Positions 57,341-64,000 of a stretch of DNA of 64,000 bases are shown here, piece by piece (positions within the stretch are counted from its first letter, which is position 1; every line of letters begins with the position of its first letter). Source of the stretch: an uncultured Candidatus Nemicrothrix sp. (lineage in GTDB: Bacteria; Actinomycetota; Acidimicrobiia; Acidimicrobiales; Aldehydirespiratoraceae). A model generated the notes under the pieces. It was not told where the DNA came from. It worked only from the letters and a program-made list of their open reading frames with translations, and searched no databases. The stretch is taken from NCBI GenBank assembly GCA_964504305.1, contig CAZDEB010000011.1, positions 1,753 to 65,752 on the forward strand. Direction: 5' to 3'. A program made the translations under genes and the position numbers.

Positions 57341-57737
57341 CGGACCTTGGTGCTCACCATGATGCGCCAATTGTCGAACGAGTGGTACTGCAGCGGCTAA
57401 CGCCGCCACACTATGGGCGAGAGTCCGGACCACCGTGTGAACGTCAGCCGCTTCTGTCCTAGGGCCGCCGACGATGAAGGGTCCGGCTCTCGCCTAGGAG
57501 TCACCCTTGGGAACTGATTCGGGGTACGACGCGAGTGACGATGGTCCATTCTTTCCGGGACCTTGGTCACTGACGGCTGGCGCGCAAATGATCGGGACCG
57601 AATGGTTCTCATGGAAACATCTCGCTCAACAAAGGGAAAGTGGTCGCCAACCAATCAGTCTCGACGAGCGGCGTTGGCGGCGATTGCCGCGGTCAGAGCC
57701 GACGGGCCGAGGGTGAGCGCCAAGCTTCGAGAGACTC

Positions 57738-58796
57738 TCATCGATCTCGCTGAGTCGCCGGCGATCCGAGCGAAAGACCGAGAAGTCCGGCGATGGCCGG
57801 AGCCCACGATTTGGCTGCCGGAGGCGACTCGCTAATCGCCAGGCCAAGGGCGGACGCCGCAGGGTGGCCGCCACCCACCACTGCGACCTGGCTGGCGCAG
57901 CGGGGGCTGCCGTGCGAACCGTGTAAATCGTCGAGCCACGGACCGAACACGTGGCCCGGTGGTCCCCAAACCAGCGTGTGGAGGTTGTCGAGTTGCTGGG
58001 CCCCTTCGATCTCGTCGAGTTGGCGCAGACTCTCGACGCCTGGTCCGTCGAAGACAACTGCGGCGGTTCCCTCGTTGGCTACCGTCCCCGGTAGACCGCT
58101 GGTGTCGAGGCGGGCTTGAAGGTCGAAACCGTGGCTCATGACCTCTTCTTGGTCATGATCGCTCACCACGACCAACACCGTGTCGTCCCAACCGGGTCGT
58201 AGTTGTTCGACCAACTGTCCGAAGGCTCGGTCGGTGGCCTTGATCCGAGTCCCGGTTTCGGGAGAGTTCGGTCCGTGGAGGTGACAGGCGGTGTCGGGAT
58301 CGTTGAAGTGAACCACGGCGAGGTCCCCGTCGAGTGCCGCGGTCTTGTCGACCGCGTCGAGCACCGACTGGTCGGTCGCGTACCGGAACTCGTCGAGTGC
58401 GACGCCAGGGCGTGCTCCACCCGGTGGCCAGTGTCGGTAGGCGTCTTCGCCCCCCATAACCCCGATCAGTTTGTGATCCCCGACCACTATGCGGGCATCG
58501 ATGTCGTGGCGGTCGGCGGCAAGGAAGATCGTGTCGCCCTTGGGACCATGTTTGGCCGCCGAGACGAACTCTGAGCCGTCCCAGACCCGATTCACGAATA
58601 TGCCGTGCTCAGCGGGTTGCGTGCCGGTCACAAATGTCGCGTGATTCGGGTAGGTCGCGGTGGACAGGACGGCCCGACCACCGTGTGGGTTGTGGTGGCC
58701 GTTTTGAATGACGTCCCACAGACACGGTGTCCACTCCGCGCTCACCCACCGGTTCGGGAGGGCATCGATGACAACGAAAACGACTCGCATCGCCAC
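57738..58796 (-). CDS. alkaline-phosphatase superfamily protein (nucleotide pyrophosphatase/phosphodiesterase type)
   Basis: VVFVVIDALPNRW (metal-binding Asp), STATYPNHATFVTG (nucleophile Thr region) and VVSDHD. Confidence 0.75.
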   Translation of the reverse strand: MAMRVVFVVIDALPNRWVSAEWTPCLWDVIQNGHHNPHGGRAVLSTATYPNHATFVTGTQPAEHGIFVNRVWDGSEFVSAAKHGPKGDTIFLAADRHDIDARIVVGDHKLIGVMGGEDAYRHWPPGGARPGVALDEFRYATDQSVLDAVDKTAALDGDLAVVHFNDPDTACHLHGPNSPETGTRIKATDRAFGQLVEQLRPGWDDTVLVVVSDHDQEEVMSHGFDLQARLDTSGLPGTVANEGTAAVVFDGPGVESLRQLDEIEGAQQLDNLHTLVWGPPGHVFGPWLDDLHGSHGSPRCASQVAVVGGGHPAASALGLAISESPPAAKSWAPAIAGLLGLSLGSPATQRDR

Positions 58797-58797
58797 T

Positions 58798-59832
58798 TCA
58801 GCCGAGCGGTTTGATGGCGTGGATCTCGCCGTCGTCGATCAAACCCGACGGTTCGTAGCCTCGAGCGAGGTACATGGGGGCCGGTGAGCCGGGCCCTTCG
58901 GCCCACGACACTTCGATGGCGACCGCGCCCTGGTCGCGGCACCACTGCTCGAACCGGTCGAGCGCCGCTGAACCCACCCCACGCCGCTGATGCATACGAT
59001 CGATGAGCAAACGCCACAGGTAGGGATTGGCGTGATGTTCGGTGATCTCTGACGCCATGATGAAACCGGCGATTTCGCCGTCGGCCTCGATTGCCCGATA
59101 CCAAGGCACGAGGGTCGCCCCGTTCTCCGACGGCGGTAACAGGGCATCGCGGAAGTTGCCGATCATCGGCGCTACGAAACGCTCCTGAGACCTATGCGTC
59201 ACGAGATTGCCTACCCGGCGCCGATTGTCGGCGGTGAGCGGTACCAACTCGACGCGGTCGGGGCGGTGCCGAGGTCGGCCACGCCAAGCTTCCCAAGCAG
59301 GGCGCGGCATGCCGTACAAAATGTCGTCCGAGCACTGGTCGCCAACCCAGAACGACTGGCGGGTCAGACCCTCATAGACCAACCCGCACGCTTCCATCAC
59401 CCGATGGGACGGCCAGTTGTCCGGATGTGCCGATGACTCGATGCGGTTAACACCGTACTCATCAAACAAGTACCGGATGATTGCCTCGGCGGACTCGGTG
59501 GCGTAACCCAGTCCCCAATAATCGGGGTGGAAGGTGTAGCCGACGAGAGCGGCGCGACCACCCCAGCGGATTTCGACCGCGAGGTCTCCGACGATTTGCT
59601 CCGGTTGGGCGGCGTCGACGACAGTAAGCGACCAGTTGGCGTCGTCTTGGGGCCCGTCCATGGCCACCAATTCGGCCATTCGCTTCTGGGCCCGCTCCAA
59701 CGAGTATGGCGTCTCCCAGTCCTGGTAGCGGGCAACGTCGGGCCGATTCCGACGCTCGAACGCGGCCTGCGCATCGCTGAGCTTGGATTGCCGAAGAATC
59801 AGCCGGTCGGTGCGAATCGCTTCGAAGGCCAT
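58798..59832 (-). CDS. tandem GNAT-domain N-acetyltransferase (RimJ/RimL-like)
   Basis: Two acetyltransferase halves: RTDRLILRQSKLSD...GYTFHPDYWGLGYATE, and a second half with ...IDRMHQRRGVGSAAL. Confidence 0.75.
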   Translation of the reverse strand: MAFEAIRTDRLILRQSKLSDAQAAFERRNRPDVARYQDWETPYSLERAQKRMAELVAMDGPQDDANWSLTVVDAAQPEQIVGDLAVEIRWGGRAALVGYTFHPDYWGLGYATESAEAIIRYLFDEYGVNRIESSAHPDNWPSHRVMEACGLVYEGLTRQSFWVGDQCSDDILYGMPRPAWEAWRGRPRHRPDRVELVPLTADNRRRVGNLVTHRSQERFVAPMIGNFRDALLPPSENGATLVPWYRAIEADGEIAGFIMASEITEHHANPYLWRLLIDRMHQRRGVGSAALDRFEQWCRDQGAVAIEVSWAEGPGSPAPMYLARGYEPSGLIDDGEIHAIKPLG

Positions 59833-59842
59833 GGCAAACGTG

Positions 59843-60310
59843 TCAGATCGCTATGGCCCGCAGCACTTGGGCCATCTCGATGGCGGCCTCGGCGGTGTCG
59901 GATCCCTTGTTGCCGGCCTTGGTGCCCGCCCGTTCGATGGCTTGTTCGATCGTGTCGGTGGTGAGCACGCCGAAAATTGTAGGAACGCCGGTCTCGAAAC
60001 CGGCCTTGGCGCAACCAGCCGCCGCCTGGCCAGCAACATGGTCAAAGTGCGGGGTTGCGCCCCGGATCACGGCACCGAGACACAAAACGGCGTCGAAGCG
60101 GCCGGTTTGTGCGAGTGCTCGAGCAGCCAGAGGTATCTCGAACGCGCCAGGTACCCACGCGATTTCGATCTCGTCATCGTCGACGCCCAGTCGGAGTAGC
60201 CGGTCGTGGGCTCCGCTGACGAGGTTCGTGACGATGGCGTCGTTGAACCGCGCCGCCACGATTGCTATATGTAGCCCCGCTCCGTTGAGCATGCCGTTAT
60301 GGGTTTTCAT
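59843..60310 (-). CDS. ribH: 6,7-dimethyl-8-ribityllumazine synthase
   Basis: [41 protein letters not shown] and [16 protein letters not shown]. The start ATG at 60308-60310 shares 1 nt with the ribB stop. Confidence 0.9.
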   Translation of the reverse strand: MKTHNGMLNGAGLHIAIVAARFNDAIVTNLVSGAHDRLLRLGVDDDEIEIAWVPGAFEIPLAARALAQTGRFDAVLCLGAVIRGATPHFDHVAGQAAAGCAKAGFETGVPTIFGVLTTDTIEQAIERAGTKAGNKGSDTAEAAIEMAQVLRAIAI

Positions 60311-60948
60311 CAGGCGGTCTCCAGTAATGGCTTTGCGAGCTCGCCCTGTCGGTAGGCGATCAGGTCGGCGATGGTGATGACAAGCAGTTCGTGTTCGTGG
60401 GCGAACGAGAGCAGCGTCGGTAAACGAGCCATCGTGCCGTCGTCGTTCACTATCTCGCACAACGCACCTACTTCTGAGCGTCCGGACAAACGACCGAGGT
60501 CGACAGCCGCCTCGGTGTGTCCGGGGCGCTCGAGCACACCGCCGTTGCGGGCTCGCAACGGAAAGATGTGACCGGGCCGGGCCAGGTCGCTGGGACGGGT
60601 TTCGGGGTTGGCGAGGCCTTGTAGCGTCGTGGCGCGATCAGATGCCGAGATGCCGGTTGTGGTCCCGTGCAGATAGTCGACGGTAATGGTGAACGCGGTG
60701 CGCATCGATTCGGTGTTGTTGGCAACCATCAGCGGTAAGTCAAGTTGGTCGGCCCTGTGGTTGGGCATCGGCGCGCATAGCACCCCGCTGGTGTGACGAA
60801 TCATGAACGCCAATTTTTGGTGGTCGACGGCATCGGCGGAGATAATGAGGTCGCCTTCGTTCTCGCGGTTTTCGTCGTCGACGACCACCAAAAAACTGCC
60901 CCGAGCGTAGGCCTCCAACGCGTCTTCAATGCCAGCCAGTCGGCCCAT
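60310..60948 (-). CDS. ribB: 3,4-dihydroxy-2-butanone-4-phosphate synthase (monofunctional; no GTP cyclohydrolase II domain)
   Basis: [27 protein letters not shown] and HTEAAVDL. Only 212 aa. aaggag RBS 6 nt upstream. Confidence 0.9.
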   Translation of the reverse strand: MGRLAGIEDALEAYARGSFLVVVDDENRENEGDLIISADAVDHQKLAFMIRHTSGVLCAPMPNHRADQLDLPLMVANNTESMRTAFTITVDYLHGTTTGISASDRATTLQGLANPETRPSDLARPGHIFPLRARNGGVLERPGHTEAAVDLGRLSGRSEVGALCEIVNDDGTMARLPTLLSFAHEHELLVITIADLIAYRQGELAKPLLETA

Positions 60949-60966
60949 CGGTACTCCTTAGATAAT

Positions 60967-60986
60967 AACTAGAACACGATCTAGTT
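60967..60986. promoter_or_regulatory. 7-6-7 inverted repeat in an AT-rich patch just upstream of ribB (operator/promoter candidate)
   Basis: aactaga-acacga-tctagtt lies 19-38 nt upstream of the ribB start, inside an unusually AT-rich stretch (ttagataataactagaacacgatctagtttat) for this GC-rich window. Confidence 0.3.
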
Positions 60987-61037
60987 TATGCGATTGGCCC
61001 ACCTAACCCAAGCTGGCCGACCTTAGTTCTTGGCGCG

Positions 61038-61514
61038 CTATCGGTCAGCGTATTCCACTCGGGCAAACGGCCAATCGGATTTGAGCCAAATCGAGATTGC
61101 CCGCCAAGTGATCACGTCCATTTCGGCGCGACTCGCCCGTACCCACGAACCAACTGCGGCGTCAGCGGTCTTTGACGGATAGATGTAAACGCAACCAATC
61201 ACGTCCTCGCCATCGAGGATTGAGTAGGTGAAGCCCGTTCGACTCGTGAAGTCGTTCGCATGCTGCACCAGATCGGCAAGATTCTGTTCGAGGGTCATCG
61301 CGGTCGGCCACGACCCTCGCGGAAAGCCGGGCGTGCCACGGATGTGGTCGATGCTCGACATCCAAGCATCGTGGTCGCGGTCGTTGTGTTTGGGTCCCAA
61401 CGGCTCCAACCAAAAACCGGGCCCCGCAAGTTCGAGCGGTACAACAAAGTCGTCGGGAACAAAGTCGTCGGGAACAAAGTCGTCGGGAACAAAATCGTCG
61501 GAAACAGAGCTCAT
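61038..61514 (-). CDS. GNAT-like N-acetyltransferase with an N-terminal (DDFVP)n repeat
   Basis: 158 aa. The core (…FTYSILDGEDVIGCVYIYPSK…VGSWVRASRAEMD…) resembles small actinobacterial GNAT proteins. The N-terminus is MSSVSDDFVPDDFVPDDFVPDDFVVP. Confidence 0.6.
   Translation of the reverse strand: MSSVSDDFVPDDFVPDDFVPDDFVVPLELAGPGFWLEPLGPKHNDRDHDAWMSSIDHIRGTPGFPRGSWPTAMTLEQNLADLVQHANDFTSRTGFTYSILDGEDVIGCVYIYPSKTADAAVGSWVRASRAEMDVITWRAISIWLKSDWPFARVEYADR
61443..61508 (-). repeat. in-frame 15-bp tandem repeat (3 perfect copies plus degenerate flanking copies)
   Basis: gtcgtcgggaacaaa occurs 3 times (61449-61493), with degenerate copies on either side. It encodes DDFVP pentapeptide repeats on the minus strand. 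Confidence 0.9.
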
Positions 61515-61764
61515 GGGTCATCGTAAACAGACTCAGTCGAGATGTTCTGTACGGTCGAGACAACGCCGCGAGCGGAAACCGACTCGCTTAGTGGCGGATC
61601 AGGAGAATAGTTGCGCGAGGAGTGATCCCTTGTCACAATGACGCTCTCTTAGACAAAGCCAACGTGGCTGCACAGAGCGAGCGCGGCAATCGGGCACGAG
61701 TGAAACGTCAGCTACCAGCGCGGACAAGGACGAGAAGTCAAAAGTCTGGCTCTATATCCTCGGC

Positions 61765-62607
61765 GTGCTTTTGTTTCTGCTCGGGGTTGTCGGGCTCCTG
61801 AAGTTCTTGAGCGGCGGCGAAGAAACCACCGAGGCCGGAGGGTTAGACCCGGCGCTGTTGCTTCAGCTTCAGACGGCATGCTTCCAAAGCAACCCGCCAC
61901 TTTTCTACGACGATCAAGGATTCTGCTACGCGGTCGATCCGGCGACGCTCACCGAAGCAGACCGAATCGTACAACGAGTTCCGCCGACGCCGCCGGTAGC
62001 GACAACTGACGATGCCGCGGCGCCCGCCGCGCCCGCGGCTCCTGCTGACCCAGCGGCTCCCACCACCGCACCGGCGGCCCCCACGACGGCCGCACCAGCC
62101 GCGCCCACGACGGCCGTTCCCGCGGCACCGACCACTGCTGCTCCAACGTCGGCGCCAACCACAACCGAAGCGTCAACCACAACCGCACCGACCACAACCG
62201 AAGCGCCGCCGATCAATATCAACGTCCGTGGTGGTTGGACATGGGATGTTGGGTTCCCCGACACGTTGAACGGCGTGCCTTGCGTGAAGGATGCCCAAGG
62301 CAAGTATCCGCCCGGTTGTCAAGACGCCATCATGGGTAACTACAGCGTCACCGTCAACGTCGTTGATGGCGTGGTGAGCGGGTCGCGGACGATAGCTCAG
62401 CTCGGATCCAAGACAGCTACGTTCTCCGGTTCGATCTCACCGGCTGGCGCGGTGTCGATGTCGGTAGATGTCGGCAACCTTGGCACGTTCGCCCTCAACG
62501 GCACCCTTACCGGCACGTGCAACATCAGCGGTGGCTACACCCACACCAGCCAGAATGGCTCGTCCACCGCGACCGGGTCCTTCACGCTCGTAGGCTCGAG
62601 TTGCTGA
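61765..62607 (+). CDS. membrane-anchored/secreted protein with a Pro/Ala/Thr-rich linker and a Cys-containing C-terminal domain
   Basis: Hydrophobic N-terminus LLFLLGVVGLLKFL, linker AAPAAPAAPADPAAPTTAPAAPTTAAPAAPTTAVPAAPTTAAPTSAPTTTEASTTTAPTTTEAPP, then a ~130-aa globular part. The start is uncertain (see findings). Confidence 0.55.
   Translation: MLLFLLGVVGLLKFLSGGEETTEAGGLDPALLLQLQTACFQSNPPLFYDDQGFCYAVDPATLTEADRIVQRVPPTPPVATTDDAAAPAAPAAPADPAAPTTAPAAPTTAAPAAPTTAVPAAPTTAAPTSAPTTTEASTTTAPTTTEAPPININVRGGWTWDVGFPDTLNGVPCVKDAQGKYPPGCQDAIMGNYSVTVNVVDGVVSGSRTIAQLGSKTATFSGSISPAGAVSMSVDVGNLGTFALNGTLTGTCNISGGYTHTSQNGSSTATGSFTLVGSSC
61981..62215 (+). repeat. low-complexity coding repeat (PAAPTTA-type)
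   Basis: Imperfect repeats of gcaccg/gcggcc/acgacg codons encoding (A/P)APTT units. Confidence 0.7.
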
Positions 62608-62674
62608 TGCAGCCGCGATAGCTGGGCACAGGGCGGTTCGGCGTCAGTCGCCGAATCGACAGGAGATCCACAAA

Positions 62675-63469
62675 ATGGCCGCAGAACCCAATCAGCCGTC
62701 CGCCAACTACGCCTCATATCCATCGCTCGTCGACCGCACCGTGCTGGTGACGGGCGGCGCTGATGGTATTGGCCGCGCCATCGTCAACCAGTTCGCGAGC
62801 CAAGGCAGCAGGGTGGCCTTTGTCGACATCCAAGCCGACAAGGCCGAGGAGGTTGTCGAGCGGTGTCGGGCCGAAAGCACCCGCCACACGCCGGTCTTTC
62901 GCGAGCTCAACCTGGTCGACATCGAAGCACTCAAGTCGACGATTCACTCGCTTGAGGCGGAGATCGGCCCAATCGAAGTTCTGGTCAACAACGCCGCCAG
63001 CGACGATCGCCATGATTGGCAAGAGATGACCGCCGACTATTGGGACAATCGGCTCAACACCAATCTTCGACACTACTTTTTTGCTATTCAGGCCGTGGCC
63101 CCGGCCATGATCGCCGCCGGCTCAGGGTCGATCATCAACATTGGTAGCAGCAGCTACATGATGCAGGAGGATTTCTTCCCCGGCTACGCCATCGCAAAGT
63201 CGGGGGTAGAGGGCATCACGCGCACGATGGCGCGCACCTTCGGGCCCGACAACGTGCGGGTCAACACCGTTTTGCCAGGATGGTGCGCCACTGAGAAGCA
63301 GCTCGAAATGTGGTGGACCGCCGAAGGCGAATCTCAGACGCTCGAGGACCAAGCGCTCAAGCGCCGCATTTATCCCGACGAGTTCGCTCAGATGGTTTTG
63401 TGGCTGGCGGCCGACGACGGTGCTGCTTGCACCGCCCAGAGCTTCATGATCGATGCCGGCCGCTACTGA
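62675..63469 (+). CDS. SDR-family short-chain dehydrogenase/reductase
   Basis: VLVTGGADGIGRAI (TGxxxGxG), NNAA, and YAIAKSGVEG (YxxxK). aggag RBS. Confidence 0.9.
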   Translation: MAAEPNQPSANYASYPSLVDRTVLVTGGADGIGRAIVNQFASQGSRVAFVDIQADKAEEVVERCRAESTRHTPVFRELNLVDIEALKSTIHSLEAEIGPIEVLVNNAASDDRHDWQEMTADYWDNRLNTNLRHYFFAIQAVAPAMIAAGSGSIINIGSSSYMMQEDFFPGYAIAKSGVEGITRTMARTFGPDNVRVNTVLPGWCATEKQLEMWWTAEGESQTLEDQALKRRIYPDEFAQMVLWLAADDGAACTAQSFMIDAGRY

Positions 63470-63471
63470 GA

Positions 63472-64000
63472 TCATCCTGTCGATTCAGGGAACGGCGTGT
63501 GGGTCGATTCGAGATCAAGCAAAGCAGTCGGGCAGGTATCGGTGCCTTGGGTGACCTCGTCGAGCCCTTCTGGCGTGGTGACCTGCGCGTAGTCCTGCAA
63601 GTTGGGCTCCGAACCTGGCGTAACCACCGCTGACGATGGCCCGTACACGTTGTAGATCGAGAGAATGTCACCCAGGTTGAACAGGAAGAACCAAGCTTCG
63701 AAGAAGCTGGCCTCGGCGTGGGTGGCCACCGCCATCTGCTCATCCCATCGGCCGGTTGCGCTCTGGAACGAGTCACCGCCGGCGGTGAGGAGCTGATCGA
63801 CCGTCATCTGGCCGTTCAAGAACAAGACGATGCGCAGGAACACGGCGTAGTCCCCGCATGGCCCTCCCACCCGGGCCGAGATCTCATAGGTCCCAGCATT
63901 GGCCGGTGTGGACTCAGGCTCGGGTTCAGGCTCGGGCTCGGGCTCGGATTCGGGCTCGGACTGAGGTTCCGGGTCGATCTCGGGCGCAGCCTCTGGCTGG
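63472..64000 (-). CDS. hypothetical protein, 5'-partial (runs off the window) with a (E/S)P acidic repeat linker
   Basis: The frame stays open upstream of the track start (63870) to the window edge. It reads ...QPEAAPEIDPEPQSEPESEPEPEPEPEPESTPANAGTYEISARVGGPCGDYAV... Confidence 0.5.
   Translation of the reverse strand, partial: QPEAAPEIDPEPQSEPESEPEPEPEPEPESTPANAGTYEISARVGGPCGDYAVFLRIVLFLNGQMTVDQLLTAGGDSFQSATGRWDEQMAVATHAEASFFEAWFFLFNLGDILSIYNVYGPSSAVVTPGSEPNLQDYAQVTTPEGLDEVTQGTDTCPTALLDLESTHTPFPESTG

Noticed and set aside
57359-57400. 13-codon micro-ORF (MMRQLSNEWYCSG) downstream of the multicopper oxidase, considered as a possible precursor peptide.
   Set aside because: It has no RBS and no adjacent maturation genes, it lies downstream of a strong hairpin, and it is far too short to evaluate from sequence alone.
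57287-57737. RNase P RNA, tmRNA, SRP RNA or 6S RNA in the large convergent gap.
   Set aside because: There is only a vague resemblance (gagagtccgga versus the RNase P GAAAGUCCGG box). Other universal blocks, tRNA-like ends and a tag ORF were not found.
60949-61037. FMN riboswitch upstream of ribB.
   Set aside because: The spacer is only ~89 nt and shows none of the conserved FMN-aptamer sequence blocks I can recall. An Infernal scan is needed to be certain.
1-64000. CRISPR arrays, rRNA genes, IS elements/transposases, prophage structural genes.
   Set aside because: No regularly spaced direct repeats, no rRNA-like conserved stretches and no transposase-like translations were seen. The only recombinase is the integrase at 43-1068.

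Overview
High-GC, actinobacterial-type chromosomal segment (any finer taxonomic guess is speculative). Genes are densely packed, and many neighbours overlap by 1-4 nt at stop/start.

The left ~17 kb (43..17247) looks like an integrase- and tRNA-Leu(UAG)-flanked defence island. It holds a tyrosine integrase, an NYN-domain protein and a Type I R-M operon. In that operon hsdM carries an in-frame TAG inside a conserved motif; hsdS and a DUF4145-HsdR look intact. The operon runs, through an unbroken chain of 1-4 nt stop/start overlaps, into four more genes: GIY-YIG/DUF4357, a DUF6361-like protein, a double-HKD PLD-family protein and a 1083-aa SNF2-like SF2 helicase. An orphan 408-aa protein and a frameshifted DUF3024 gene follow, ending at the tRNA.

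The DUF6361-like/PLD/helicase triad, with its attached nucleases, is my best candidate for an uncharacterised defence system. I cannot run the searches needed to show it is not already catalogued.

The remaining ~47 kb is mostly housekeeping and metabolic. It includes clpP, rpe, a TRAM RNA methyltransferase, udk, acyl-CoA/enoyl-CoA enzymes, add, selO, ridA, a DEAD-box helicase and ribB-ribH. Smaller oddities there include:
- a patatin gene divergent from a cyclase-STAND-NTPase gene
- a udk-acyltransferase operon
- a VanY-SLH protein
- a doeAB-like pair
- tandem YbjQ paralogues
- a multicopper oxidase with an extra cupredoxin domain
- an in-frame 15-bp tandem repeat
- several strong hairpins

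No CRISPR array, rRNA or recognisable riboswitch was seen. All calls rest on reading the supplied translations and DNA by eye; no database search was possible.
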